Under the pieces are notes generated by a model. It saw only the letters and a list, made by a program, of their open reading frames with translations. It ran no database searches and was not told the DNA's origin. The translations under genes were made by a program, and so were the position numbers. Of a stretch of 47,767 nt of DNA, positions 25,591-34,850 are shown one piece after another. Source of the stretch: Nanobdellati archaeon (GTDB lineage Archaea; B1Sed10-29; WALL01); NCBI GenBank assembly GCA_015522845.1, contig WALL01000019.1:1-47767 (forward strand). Reading direction: 5' to 3'. How positions within the stretch are numbered: position 1 is the stretch's first letter; each line of letters starts with the position of its first letter.

Positions 25591-26752
25591 GCTTGGCTGC
25601 CTCATCCTGCTTCCCCTCCACCAGCAGCTGGAGAAGCTTGTATGCCTCAGGGCCATCATAATTTGCCTGCTCCAAGTTCTTTTGGAGTATTGAAAGCCCA
25701 AGCTCATCAACACTCTTCTTTGAGTGCCCTTCACGGAGCAGCTCAACTCTCCTCTTAAACTGCTTGGACTCTGCCTCATTGTCAACGCTTAGCATTAGGC
25801 CAGGGAACTGTAAGGCTATGGCTTTTGCATTGATGGATGCGCCCGGCGCAAGGGTGCCTGTTATCCTAAGCTTTACAAGCGGCTTTCTGGCTGATGCCGG
25901 GATTTTTGAAAGCCTGCCAGCCGCCTGTTCCGCAACAGCAGATGCGCTGCCTGCTGCATTTATCTCAACATAATAAAACTTGCGCGGTGTGGCAAGCTCT
26001 TCCGGCTGCAGCCCCCCTGTGGCACTATCATAAATCCATATCCTCTTAGGCTGCTTAGCTTCAGCTTTCTTCATCTGCGTCAGGATAGTACTGCCCGGAT
26101 GGAAGAGTATTTTGCCGCCCTTCTCCCTTATGCCGCTCAAGTGTATGTGGCCATTCACATAAAGGTCAAAGCCGGGTGGGAGGTCATCCATAGAAAGGTA
26201 TGCCATCTCCCCATACACATGCTCCCTAAACCCTTGGTGAAGGACAAGTATGTTGGCCATGCCCGGCAGGGGCTTGAAGCCGCACTCCTTAAGCGCCAAA
26301 GGGGCATATTGCTCTGGGACACCGCCCATGCCGTGGATTGCAACCCGCTCCTCCCCTTTCCTCAGGACAACAGCATTCCCATGGAGCACCACACACAGCC
26401 CTGCAGCTTCCAACAGCTGGACGGGGTTTGTCAGGCCAGAAGCGCGCCGCTCATGGTTTCCGTGGATTGCTATAACTGGCGTGCCATGCAGCTTTGGCAA
26501 GGCCCGTTCCGGAATAGCCTTTTCAATTATGGCACTGCTTGGCGACAAGGATGCCAGCCCAACTATGTGCATTGCCCTTCCAATTATCTCCTGCTTTGGA
26601 ACACGGGAGTCAAATATATCGCCGGGAAGTATGATTGCATCTGCGGCTAGTGACTTTTCAATTGCCTCCTTGCCTTGTATGAAAGAGTCCTCAGCACGCT
26701 CGGTACCCCATGCATACCCAAAATGAAAATCGCTGGCAATAGCTATCCGCAT
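25565..26752 (-). CDS. mre11: Mre11/SbcD-family metallophosphoesterase nuclease
   Basis: 395-aa ORF with calcineurin-like motifs DFHFG, GDIFD, GNHE, VLHQG, GHIH. No rad50, herA or nurA neighbour. Confidence 0.75.
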   Translation of the reverse strand: MRIAIASDFHFGYAWGTERAEDSFIQGKEAIEKSLAADAIILPGDIFDSRVPKQEIIGRAMHIVGLASLSPSSAIIEKAIPERALPKLHGTPVIAIHGNHERRASGLTNPVQLLEAAGLCVVLHGNAVVLRKGEERVAIHGMGGVPEQYAPLALKECGFKPLPGMANILVLHQGFREHVYGEMAYLSMDDLPPGFDLYVNGHIHLSGIREKGGKILFHPGSTILTQMKKAEAKQPKRIWIYDSATGGLQPEELATPRKFYYVEINAAGSASAVAEQAAGRLSKIPASARKPLVKLRITGTLAPGASINAKAIALQFPGLMLSVDNEAESKQFKRRVELLREGHSKKSVDELGLSILQKNLEQANYDGPEAYKLLQLLVEGKQDEAAKLIFGEYPS

Positions 26753-26777
26753 GATTGGCTATTGCAGCAGCAAGCTA

Positions 26778-27782
26778 TTAAATTGTTTTGATGAAATCGC
26801 GCACTTTTGAAACACATATCCCTAAGGAGGCATCAAGGGCATCAGCATTTATGCCGTTGGCACCGGCTGCTGCGGCATGCCCGCCAGCATCGCCACCTAT
26901 CAGCTGTGCCACCGCTGGCAGTATGTCCCTCCCAAGATGAAGGCCTTTTTTTGTGAGCTCATTCTTTGCGCGGGCACTTATCCTAACTTCCCCTTCCTTT
27001 GCAGCCCCAACAAAGGAAACATCTGCACCAAGCGCTAAAAGGGAGCGGGCAACACTCCCTTCAAAAGAGCTAACCTTGCTTACAGCAATGATATAGCTGC
27101 CTTCCCTAAATAGCTTAAGGCGCTGTGCGCCCTTTAAGCGGGCAATTTTTTCGGAGAATTCCACGGGGGAGTTTATTAGGCCAAGCACATCCTGGAATGA
27201 TGCCCCACATCCGCCTAGGGCCTCTGAAAGCACGTGAAAAGAGCGGGGTGTTGCTGCAATGAAATTTGCTGTGTCTGTTACAATGCCTGCTGAGATGGCA
27301 AGTGCCATGCTTTTTGTTATCGGCTCGCCCCACTCCTTAAGGAGGTAATACATTATTTCGGTTGTTGACACTGCAGACTCATCAACAACCGCCACATCAA
27401 ATTCTGCCATCACGCCCCTCTTAGGGGAGTGGTGGTCTATAAGGATTTTTTTTGAGCTTGCTGACTTGACTGCCTCAAAGTCAAAAAGAGAGGGGGAATT
27501 TGTGTCCATAACCACTATGCAGCCAGCAGAATAGTCTGGCTCGGACAGCGATAGCCCAAACCGGCCCATAAAAGAGGTGATTTGGCTGCTAGCAGGCCCC
27601 TGCACCGATATTGTGGCTTCCTTGCCCTGCCGCTTTAGTGCAAGGGCAAGGATAATCGCAGAAGCTATGCTGTCTATATCTGGGGAGCGGTGGGCAATTA
27701 GCAAGAACGAGCTAGCGCTTCTTATAAAGCCAATTGCATCGCCAAGCTTAGTCGGAACCGTGAAGTTTGCTCTGTAGCTCAT
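26778..27782 (-). CDS. DHH/DHHA1 phosphoesterase (NrnA / short RecJ-like)
   Basis: The internal ATG 27782 gives MSYRANF... Motifs HRSPDIDS, VMDTN, DHH (LIDHHSP) and DHHA1 GGDAGGHAAAAG. Overlaps the prefoldin gene's 3' end by about 35 nt. Confidence 0.8.
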   Translation of the reverse strand: MSYRANFTVPTKLGDAIGFIRSASSFLLIAHRSPDIDSIASAIILALALKRQGKEATISVQGPASSQITSFMGRFGLSLSEPDYSAGCIVVMDTNSPSLFDFEAVKSASSKKILIDHHSPKRGVMAEFDVAVVDESAVSTTEIMYYLLKEWGEPITKSMALAISAGIVTDTANFIAATPRSFHVLSEALGGCGASFQDVLGLINSPVEFSEKIARLKGAQRLKLFREGSYIIAVSKVSSFEGSVARSLLALGADVSFVGAAKEGEVRISARAKNELTKKGLHLGRDILPAVAQLIGGDAGGHAAAAGANGINADALDASLGICVSKVRDFIKTI

Positions 27783-28068
27783 CAAGGCGCTTTCTAAGCT
27801 TCCCCTCATTAACTGAAATCTTTTCAAGGGCGGCTTCAGCATCGCTCTTTTGCTTTTCAAGCCGGCTTTTTATGTCGTCTTTTGTGCTCTCGATTAGGAT
27901 TGCCCCGCTCGAAAAGTAGACCTTCCCACTTGCGCCCTCTAGCTCCTTGAGGGCCGTTGCTATCTCTGCCTTTTGTGCCTCCAGCTGCTGCTTTTGCACT
28001 ACAACTAGCTGGTATTGCTGGCTAAATGCCTGGTATTCCTGCATATCTTTTTCATCCATTGCTAACAC
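27748..28068 (-). CDS. pfdB: Prefoldin beta subunit
   Basis: About 103-106 aa with two coiled-coil arms flanking a beta hairpin (GKVYFSSGAILIE). GTG 28068 or ATG 28059. Confidence 0.75.
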   Translation of the reverse strand: MLAMDEKDMQEYQAFSQQYQLVVVQKQQLEAQKAEIATALKELEGASGKVYFSSGAILIESTKDDIKSRLEKQKSDAEAALEKISVNEGKLRKRLDELQSKLHGSD

Positions 28069-28285
28069 CTAATACTGACAGGCACGCATCTGCAATCCTT
28101 AAGCTGCTGTTTACTGCTGCGCGCATTGCCACATTATCATGAGCTTCAATACTTATGCAAAGCTTAGTGCCCTTTGCTGCAAACTTGGCTGAGCCACGCT
28201 TTGGCCGGGCATCATCAGCCAGCGCAAATGCCACGGCTTTTGCCTTCCTTGCATCCCCCGTGTCAACCCTAACCTCCAGCCTCAT
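28052..28285 (-). CDS. pcc1: KEOPS subunit Pcc1-like
   Basis: 77-aa ORF of Pcc1/CTAG size with the expected pattern (MRLEVRV..A..V..AL..D...........I..I.A.D..ALRA..NS.LR). Occupies the conserved superoperon position between Brix and prefoldin. Confidence 0.6.
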   Translation of the reverse strand: MRLEVRVDTGDARKAKAVAFALADDARPKRGSAKFAAKGTKLCISIEAHDNVAMRAAVNSSLRIADACLSVLGVSNG

Positions 28286-28731
28286 CCCAACACCATCCGT
28301 GGGCCAACCTCCTTGCCATCCTGGAAGAAGGTTATCTCACTATTTGACTGCTGCAGCACGGTGCTGCTGTCCCCTGCCTTTATCCCAAGGAGGCTTGCAA
28401 ATGCATGGCTTCCAGAGGATGCTATCATATCCGGCCGCCTTGTGCGCCCTCCAAACTCCCTTGCAAGCTTTACAGACTTAAAGGCAATCCCGCCAATCCA
28501 CCGCCAGCCCCCCTCATCAACATCCAATACGCGCAAAGTGTGGGGGTTGCCGTGCATCTCTGTTACAACTGCAACCCTGCTATATCCCTTCTGGCGCGCT
28601 GCTTCTGCAAGCTTCTCAATAGGCTGCTTTCCCCTGCCAATGGCTTCTGAGCCTGGAACCACACGGGCCAGCTCCTTAATGAATGCCCGTGTCCTCGCAG
28701 ATGGCTTGCGCGAAGAGCTGAATAACGGCAT
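28282..28731 (-). CDS. Brix/Imp4-domain ribosome biogenesis protein
   Basis: 149-aa ORF. N-terminus SSSRKPSARTRAFIKELARVVPGS is typical of archaeal Brix proteins. Conserved superoperon position. Confidence 0.75.
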   Translation of the reverse strand: MPLFSSSRKPSARTRAFIKELARVVPGSEAIGRGKQPIEKLAEAARQKGYSRVAVVTEMHGNPHTLRVLDVDEGGWRWIGGIAFKSVKLAREFGGRTRRPDMIASSGSHAFASLLGIKAGDSSTVLQQSNSEITFFQDGKEVGPRMVLG

Positions 28732-28860
28732 TCACTCAGCCTTAACTGTCTTTGCTATTGGGGGGCGCTCCTTCACAATAATCTTGCTCCCACAGTAAGG
28801 GCAAGTAACAAACTTGTCAATGTCTTTTATTTTCTTCCCGCAGTTCCTGCATATGTACAA
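28732..28860 (-). CDS. rpoP: DNA-directed RNA polymerase subunit P (Rpo12), 42 aa, below track cutoff
   Basis: Hand translation: (TTG)YICRNCGKKIKDIDKFVTCPYCGSKIIVKERPPIAKTVKAE*. CxxC..CxxC zinc ribbon. Abuts the L37Ae stop and the Brix start with zero spacer. Confidence 0.8.
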   Translation of the reverse strand: MYICRNCGKKIKDIDKFVTCPYCGSKIIVKERPPIAKTVKAE

Positions 28861-29163
28861 TTATTCCGCCTCCTCTTTAGCAGGCACGGCCTCGCCCCTT
28901 GCTGCAACCTGGACTGCACGCTTGCTTAGCTTGCCAAGCCCCGTCTCTGGAACGTAAGCCCCGCCAGCAATCTTTGCACCACATTTGCTGCATTCCCAGA
29001 CGCCTGTCGACGTGCGCCTTAGTGACATCCTTCCACACTGCGGGCACTTGTGGCGGGACCTTGCTACGGACTCTACCTTTTGCACATTCTTGCGTGTCTT
29101 GCGCCCATACCTAGTCCCATACCTGCCAGCAATGCCAACCTTTTTTGTCTTCCTTCGTGCCAT
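28861..29163 (-). CDS. rpl37ae: Ribosomal protein L37Ae (eL43)
   Basis: 100-aa ORF. KKVGIAGRYGTRYG, CPQCG..WECSKCG zinc ribbon. Has a short acidic C-terminal extension. Confidence 0.9.
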   Translation of the reverse strand: MARRKTKKVGIAGRYGTRYGRKTRKNVQKVESVARSRHKCPQCGRMSLRRTSTGVWECSKCGAKIAGGAYVPETGLGKLSKRAVQVAARGEAVPAKEEAE

Positions 29164-29172
29164 CTGACCCCC

Positions 29173-29955
29173 TCACAAAAGCTTTCTTAGTGCCTTCCCT
29201 TTCTTGAATGCCTGGTCTATAAGGCCTTCTACCTCATCCAAGGAAAACGAGCCGCTGCCGCCCTTTTGCATTGCACAAATGCTCTTTTCGGTGGTTGCAA
29301 CAGTCAGCCTAGCATCCATCCCCTGCTCCTCTGCAAGGGTTGGGTCAAGCATAAGCACGTCTCCCACCTTAGCAAAGGTGCATTCAACCGGCTTCTTGCT
29401 AACGGGCAGCTTCCCGGATGTCTCCTCGCGGATAATCTTCCCATCCTCGTATTTTGGTATGCGTGCATTCAATAGCGCGGATATGGCAGCAAGCGAAGAC
29501 GAGTCAAACAGGTTGCCGTCATAGTCAATCACATGCAAGTCAAGCATAACCATCCAGACTGCCTCCCCCTCGGTTATGCAAAGCTTGTCAAAGTCAATTG
29601 TCTTTGACTCCCTAACGCCACGGTCAACAACCCTTGCCAGCTCTATTGCTGCAGGCCTTGGAGGCCCAGACTCAAACAGCGGCGATGCAATTGGCGCAAA
29701 CTCTGCCCCTGTCATCAATGTCCCTGATGCTGGGGTGTCAGGATAAGGCGTGCCAACTGCCATGCTAACGCCAGCAATTACTTTTGTCTTGCCTAGCTCA
29801 ACATAAGACGAGCCTAGCGCATGAGGTATAAAATTTGGCGTAACCTTAATGGGGCGGTATTCGTCCATCTTTCTCTTGTCCTGGCGCATGCCCTTGGCAG
29901 CAAGCTGGCGGACGTAGTCCCCCTTAACTTCCAATGCAACTTCCTCAACACTCAT
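29173..29955 (-). CDS. rrp42: Exosome complex RNase PH-like subunit Rrp42
   Basis: 260-aa [36 protein letters not shown]. Follows rrp41. Confidence 0.9.
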   Translation of the reverse strand: MSVEEVALEVKGDYVRQLAAKGMRQDKRKMDEYRPIKVTPNFIPHALGSSYVELGKTKVIAGVSMAVGTPYPDTPASGTLMTGAEFAPIASPLFESGPPRPAAIELARVVDRGVRESKTIDFDKLCITEGEAVWMVMLDLHVIDYDGNLFDSSSLAAISALLNARIPKYEDGKIIREETSGKLPVSKKPVECTFAKVGDVLMLDPTLAEEQGMDARLTVATTEKSICAMQKGGSGSFSLDEVEGLIDQAFKKGKALRKLL

Positions 29956-30689
29956 TTCGAACCACGCTCCTTGTACTTGTCCTTAAGGGCTGCTTTCTGC
30001 AGCTCATAAACTTTCTTTGAGGCTTCTATTGCCATCGTAGCCGCCTGGTGGAATTCCTTTTGGGTGAGGTCGCCGTCCATCTGGAGCAAGACAATCTCCC
30101 CACTGTGCTGGAGGACTGCCATTGGGACATCCGCTTGGCCAAAATTGTCCTCCGCCTTGTTAAGGTCCAGCACAACTGTGCCGTCAATTTTCCCTGCTGC
30201 AACTGCCGTAACCATGTCCTTCATTGGAAGGCCTGCATCTGCAAGTGCTACGCTCGCTGCGGTTAGCGCTGCACAGCGGGTGCCTGCCTCTGCCTGCAGT
30301 ATCTCCACATAGACGTCGACCATTGTCTCTGGAAACTTCTCCAGCAGGACAACACGCTCAAGTGCCTCAGCCGATATCTTGCTTATCTCAACAGACCTTC
30401 GGTCCGGCCCTGGCCTCTTCCTGTCATCTACGGAAAATGGTGCCATGTTGTAGCGGTAGTTTAGCACTGCCTTGTAGGGGTTTGATAGGTGCCTTGGAAG
30501 GCATTGCTTCGGGCCATATACCCCTGCCAGCACCTTGTTTCCCCCCCACTCTAAATAGCAAGAGCCATCAGCATTGTCAAGGACCCCTGCCTTTATTGTG
30601 ATGTCCCTTAGCTCGTTTGGCTTTCGCCCGTCCAGCCTCTTTCCATCTTTAATTAGCTGTATATCACTTTTCATTCCCATCAATTTCAC
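29952..30689 (-). CDS. rrp41: Exosome complex exonuclease Rrp41
   Basis: [34 protein letters not shown] and GTRCAA. Start is GTG 30689 or ATG 30680/30674. Confidence 0.9.
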   Translation of the reverse strand: MKLMGMKSDIQLIKDGKRLDGRKPNELRDITIKAGVLDNADGSCYLEWGGNKVLAGVYGPKQCLPRHLSNPYKAVLNYRYNMAPFSVDDRKRPGPDRRSVEISKISAEALERVVLLEKFPETMVDVYVEILQAEAGTRCAALTAASVALADAGLPMKDMVTAVAAGKIDGTVVLDLNKAEDNFGQADVPMAVLQHSGEIVLLQMDGDLTQKEFHQAATMAIEASKKVYELQKAALKDKYKERGSK

Positions 30690-31296
30690 CTGTCTCTAAG
30701 AATTTTTTTATCTTATCCGTTAGCCCACTGGTATGGGCCTCACGCTCTATTATCCGTATTGCCTTTTCAGCACGGTATATTGCATCATCCTTTCCCTTGA
30801 TAAATATCCTGCCGTTCCTGCCAACAAATATCTTGCACCCTGTGCCTTTTGATATTGTTCCTATCATGGACGCCTTGCGGCCAATTATGCGCGGTATCTT
30901 TACTGGCTCAACTTCAATGAGCTTCCCATCGTAAAGCGGCTTTGCAAAGTCGAGGTCCACCTTGTCAATCTCATTCACGCTGCTCACTTCGGCCATTATC
31001 ACCTCGCCTTTCTTAAAAGACTGCTCCCTAAAATAAGCCAGGTATCCGCTGTGCGCTGAGTTAATATCAACAAAGCAGCCGCGCTCGCGTGCATCCTCAA
31101 CAATGCCAATTACATGGTCTCCAGTATGCGGCACATAGCTGCCGTTAAGGGGCACTACCTCAATTGGCTCTTTTGCCTTGTCAACAAGGCCGAATATGGT
31201 GGCAAAGATGCTGCTGCCGCGCCTTATTGCCCCAAAGCCTGCCTTGTTGCCTTCCGCCTTTGATATTCTCTCTCCGGGGATGACAATTTCCCGCAT
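30664..31296 (-). CDS. rrp4: Exosome RNA-binding subunit Rrp4 (S1 + KH), short form
   Basis: 210-aa [11 protein letters not shown]1-like [18 protein letters not shown]-like [21 protein letters not shown] upstream. Confidence 0.85.
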   Translation of the reverse strand: MREIVIPGERISKAEGNKAGFGAIRRGSSIFATIFGLVDKAKEPIEVVPLNGSYVPHTGDHVIGIVEDARERGCFVDINSAHSGYLAYFREQSFKKGEVIMAEVSSVNEIDKVDLDFAKPLYDGKLIEVEPVKIPRIIGRKASMIGTISKGTGCKIFVGRNGRIFIKGKDDAIYRAEKAIRIIEREAHTSGLTDKIKKFLETGEIDGNEK

Positions 31297-31323
31297 TTTT
31301 TATCTCCTTCCCAACCCACAAAA

Positions 31324-32019
31324 CTAGATAGTCTCTAGCAGCTTGGTCTCAACCGAGCCGTGAGTCAATGAATTCAGCTTATCATAAATATCTGGCTGCA
31401 TCCCTGCCGGCATCTCTACAACAACATCCAGCGAGCCATCATTTTTCCACTCTTCCCTTACCCTTTTCAGGCCGTGTATTGCCCCATAGGCCTTCCCTGC
31501 ATATTTGGCGGGTATCCTAATCTCAACACGTGCCATTGCAAACTTTAGCGGCAGTATCAGCCTAAGCTTGCCTACAATCTCATCCACCTGCCTTTGGGTG
31601 CCCTTAAAGGGGTCTATGTGTACTTTTGCCTCATCAAGGGCCTTTTCTATCCTTGCTGGCGGGTGGGGCATATTTGTGCGCGGGTCAACTGCATCACGCG
31701 CAATTACATTGATTATCTGCTTTTTCTTCTCCTGCTGCATCTCCTTTCGCTGCTCGGTGGTAAGCTGTATATCCCCTTTTTGGATTATCCTCTTGGCAAT
31801 CTCATCAAAGCTTGTTGTGCCAAATGCCTCCTTAAGCGATTCCTCGCTTGCCTTTTCTGCCTTTGATGCCTCCTTGTAAACCTCTTCTGCTGCCACCCAA
31901 TCCCCTACTGGAATGTCCCTCTCCTTTGCCTCCATTGCCTTTTCCGGGTCTACCAATATCTCAAAGTGATGGGAATGCGCGGTTAGCCGGGCAACAACTG
32001 CCTTATCAAGCGATATCAT
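31324..32019 (-). CDS. sdo1: SBDS/Sdo1-family ribosome maturation protein
   Basis: 231-aa [25 protein letters not shown] is typical of archaeal SBDS. Conserved position upstream of rrp4. Confidence 0.85.
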   Translation of the reverse strand: MISLDKAVVARLTAHSHHFEILVDPEKAMEAKERDIPVGDWVAAEEVYKEASKAEKASEESLKEAFGTTSFDEIAKRIIQKGDIQLTTEQRKEMQQEKKKQIINVIARDAVDPRTNMPHPPARIEKALDEAKVHIDPFKGTQRQVDEIVGKLRLILPLKFAMARVEIRIPAKYAGKAYGAIHGLKRVREEWKNDGSLDVVVEMPAGMQPDIYDKLNSLTHGSVETKLLETI

Positions 32020-32023
32020 AGCT

Positions 32024-32734
32024 TCACTTCTCGAGCAACTTCTTTATCTCGCTGGAGCCCATCTTCGTAAACTTCCTGCTTTTTGTATCAACATAGGACA
32101 CTGCAAGCGTATCAGCTGATGCTGCTTTCCCGCCTGCCTGCTTAAGCACAGCAAATGCAAGCTGGACTGCCTGCTTTTTTGCCATCTTCCTATCATACTT
32201 CTTCTCAAAGACTGCTTCAACTTCCTTTTTCCCAGAGCCAATTGCTGCAGCGTACACCTCGCTAAATGCCCCGCTTGGGTCTGTCTCAAATAGCCTTGGC
32301 CCACTATCGTCAACGCCCATTATCAGCAGCGATGTCCCAAACGGCCTGGTCCCGCCATATTGGGTATACATCTGCTTTAGGTCGCATATTGTCTTTGTAA
32401 GGGTCTCAACGCCAACTGGCTCATTGTATGCAACCTTTTCGCGCTGGGATTCCACACGCGCATAATGGATTATGCGGCGCGCATCTGCAACTAAGCCAGA
32501 TGTTGCAGCGCCAATGTGCTCATCTATCTTAAATATCTTCTCTATCGACTCAATTTTCACCAAGCGTGAGCTTAGGCTGCGGTCTGTTGCAAGCAGCACA
32601 CCATCCGAGTAGACTATGCCAACCGCAGTCGTGCCACGCTTGACAGCCTCGCGGGCGTATTCCACTTGGAATAGCCTGCCATCAGGAGAAAATACAGTAA
32701 TAGCCCTATCATATGCTGAAGAAGCTGGATACAT
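32024..32734 (-). CDS. psmA: Proteasome alpha subunit
   Basis: 236-aa [30 protein letters not shown] signature. Confidence 0.95.
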   Translation of the reverse strand: MYPASSAYDRAITVFSPDGRLFQVEYAREAVKRGTTAVGIVYSDGVLLATDRSLSSRLVKIESIEKIFKIDEHIGAATSGLVADARRIIHYARVESQREKVAYNEPVGVETLTKTICDLKQMYTQYGGTRPFGTSLLIMGVDDSGPRLFETDPSGAFSEVYAAAIGSGKKEVEAVFEKKYDRKMAKKQAVQLAFAVLKQAGGKAASADTLAVSYVDTKSRKFTKMGSSEIKKLLEK

Positions 32735-32785
32735 AAAACACCTCTATCTCTTACACTAAGCGGCCTATATTAAAATTAGATGTAT

Positions 32786-33127
32786 TTAAAAGCTTTTTGG
32801 CGCCAGCCCTTGGTTTTTCCGTGCTAGCCCCTTGATTGTCCCAGATACTGCTGCTGCCTTTATCCTGATGGGCCTGCCCCCTGCCTCACGGACAAGTGCA
32901 AGGGCTACAAGGCAGTTGTCTAGCCAGCTATGCGTGCACCTGCAAATGCCCCTGCCCTTTCCATAGCGGATTATTGAAAAGTTGCTCCGGGCATAGCCAT
33001 CTTCACCAAAGAGGGACATCACGGAATGCCGTATTGCCTGGCTAACTTCCCCCTCACCTGCCGCCCCATATGCCTCAAACTGTATATACCTCCTTCTCTC
33101 CCGTAAGGATGGCGGGTATGGCTTCAT
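32786..33127 (-). CDS. rnp2: RNase P protein component 2 (Pop5)
   Basis: ATG 33127 (ATGA overlap with the Rpp30 stop) gives MKPYPPSLRERRRYIQFEAYG.., the typical Pop5 N-terminus. Confidence 0.75.
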   Translation of the reverse strand: MKPYPPSLRERRRYIQFEAYGAAGEGEVSQAIRHSVMSLFGEDGYARSNFSIIRYGKGRGICRCTHSWLDNCLVALALVREAGGRPIRIKAAAVSGTIKGLARKNQGLAPKSF

Positions 33128-33606
33128 TTCCTGCCCTCCAAATACTCCGGCACCTTGCTTATTGCCCATTTTGCCTGCTGGCGGCTAAGCCCAAGGAACA
33201 CGCCAAATGCTACCAGCTGCTGGGGTGTGCGCAGCCCCATCTCATCCCTGGCGCCAGACGACAGCAAGATGCGGTTCCCCTTCTTTAGGCAAAGCTGTAC
33301 CAGCTTGCGGTAGGCAACAAGGAGCCTTATGCGCTTAGACCTGCCCGCAGCAAGGAACTGGCGGAAGGTTATGCCAATTGTAACATCATTATCCTTTGCA
33401 ACCTGGAGCGTTGCAGTGTCGATAGCCATCTTCCCGCCATTTAAGGGGTCTAGCAGCACTGGCACGCGGGAGCGCACCGCCTTCCGGTTTGCCTCTTCCG
33501 TACCCCCCTCTGCACACCGGGCTGGCTTGCAGCTGCTAAAGCCCTCTGCTGGCCTGAACGCATACATATCGTAGTAAGCCACAGGGTTAATGGGAAAAAC
33601 TGCCAA
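33124..33606 (-). CDS. rnp3: RNase P protein component 3 (Rpp30), unusually short (160 aa)
   Basis: The C-terminal two thirds match the Rpp30 TIM-barrel pattern (IDTATLQVAKDNDVTIGITFRQFL.., NRILLSSGARDEMGLRTP, GLSRQQAKWAIS). The N-terminal half is much reduced. Confidence 0.65.
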   Translation of the reverse strand: MAVFPINPVAYYDMYAFRPAEGFSSCKPARCAEGGTEEANRKAVRSRVPVLLDPLNGGKMAIDTATLQVAKDNDVTIGITFRQFLAAGRSKRIRLLVAYRKLVQLCLKKGNRILLSSGARDEMGLRTPQQLVAFGVFLGLSRQQAKWAISKVPEYLEGRK

Positions 33607-33735
33607 TATAAAGGGATATGTTTATAAAGGGCGTGCTGCCAAACAAAAGCACTCCTTAGGAGTCCCGTGGATGTGGGCAAGTGCCTGAACGCGGATGGCT
33701 TGGCAATCTGAGAGATTTCCAAGGGAAGTGGCATA

Positions 33736-34311
33736 ATGTCAGCATACAGCTATATCCAGGAAAGCATGGAGAAAAGCCGCACTAGCCGCGGCGGGGGCTA
33801 TCGCGAGCGGCTTCTGGCAATGAGGCGCGAGCCAGCAATTGTAAGGCTGGAAAAGCCAACAAACATTGCAAGGGCAAGGTCGCTAGGCTACAAGGCAAAG
33901 CAGGGCTTTGCTGTTGCAAGGGTGCGCGTAGTCCGCGGGAGCGGAAAGCAGACACGCCCAGATAAGGGCAGGCGCCCAAAGCGCATGGGTGTTGACAAGC
34001 TAACACGCGCAAAGAGCAAGCAGCTCATTGCAGAGGAAAAGGCGCAAAGGAAATTCACAAACATGGAAGTGCTTAACTCTTACTGGATAGCTGAGGACGG
34101 CAAGCACAAGTGGTTTGAAGTTATCATGATTGACCCCCACCACCCCAGCATTGCAAATGACGCAAGCCTTTCGTGGGCAAAAAGCGCAAAGAAGAGGGCC
34201 AATCGCGGCAAGACGTCCGCTGGCAGGAAGTCACGCGGGATAATGAAAAGGGGAAAGGGCACAGAAAAGACGCGGCCCGGCGCCCGTGCGAAAAAGAGGA
34301 GGGGGAAGTGA
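33736..34311 (+). CDS. rpl15e: Ribosomal protein L15e (eL15)
   Basis: 191-aa basic ORF. SAYSYIQESMEK.., RLEKPTNIARARSLGYKAKQGF. Confidence 0.9.
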   Translation: MSAYSYIQESMEKSRTSRGGGYRERLLAMRREPAIVRLEKPTNIARARSLGYKAKQGFAVARVRVVRGSGKQTRPDKGRRPKRMGVDKLTRAKSKQLIAEEKAQRKFTNMEVLNSYWIAEDGKHKWFEVIMIDPHHPSIANDASLSWAKSAKKRANRGKTSAGRKSRGIMKRGKGTEKTRPGARAKKRRGK

Positions 34312-34316
34312 TTTAA

Positions 34317-34850
34317 ATGGCAAAGCCAAGGCCAGCAAGGTGCTACAGGAAGCCGACCAAGCATGCCTACACCCGGACTGCAAAGCGCGTGCTAAAGAAA
34401 GCGTTCATACGCGGGGTCCCTGGGCTTAAGATATTCCACTTTGACATAGGCAACCCCAAAAAGGAATACAAGTACATCGTTAAGCTAATCCCAAAGAGCG
34501 ATGTGCAGATAAGGGACACGGCACTTGAGGCAACGAGGATTGTCATTAACCGGACTGCCCAAAAGACAATAGGCACTGAAAACTATTTCTTCCAAATACG
34601 CTCCTATCCGCACCACGTCCTCCGCGAGAACGCAATCATCAGCGGGGCGGGGGCAGACCGCCTTCAGACAGGGATGCGCCATGCATTTGGCAGGACAACT
34701 GGCAAGGCAGCAAGGGTAAAGCGCAACCATGCAATGATGACAATAAAGGTGCAGACAAATGATGATGCCAAAAAGGCAAGGGCTGCATTTAAGAAGGCTG
34801 TTGCAAAGCTGCCGGTAGCATGCTCGGTTGTAGTAGAAGAGCTGAAATGA
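34317..34850 (+). CDS. rpl10e: Ribosomal protein L10e (uL16)
   Basis: 177-aa ORF. RPARCYRKPTKHAYTR and GADRLQTGMRHAFG. Confidence 0.9.
   Translation: MAKPRPARCYRKPTKHAYTRTAKRVLKKAFIRGVPGLKIFHFDIGNPKKEYKYIVKLIPKSDVQIRDTALEATRIVINRTAQKTIGTENYFFQIRSYPHHVLRENAIISGAGADRLQTGMRHAFGRTTGKAARVKRNHAMMTIKVQTNDDAKKARAAFKKAVAKLPVACSVVVEELK

Noticed and set aside
25565-26752. Calling the Mre11-like gene part of a canonical Mre11-Rad50 (herA-nurA) repair operon.
   Set aside because: No ABC-ATPase coiled-coil Rad50, HerA or NurA gene is adjacent. The coiled-coil ORF at 8657-10180 lacks Walker A/B or a zinc hook and lies 15 kb away.
33661-33715. Possible C/D-box sRNA in the Rpp30/L15e spacer. Two CTGA elements at 33685 and 33708 are each preceded by GGATG-like sequences.
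   Set aside because: The putative C and C' boxes (GTGGATGT, CGGATGG) lack the RUGAUGA consensus, including the terminal GA. The spacers are about 9-10 nt rather than about 12 nt. There is no terminal stem.
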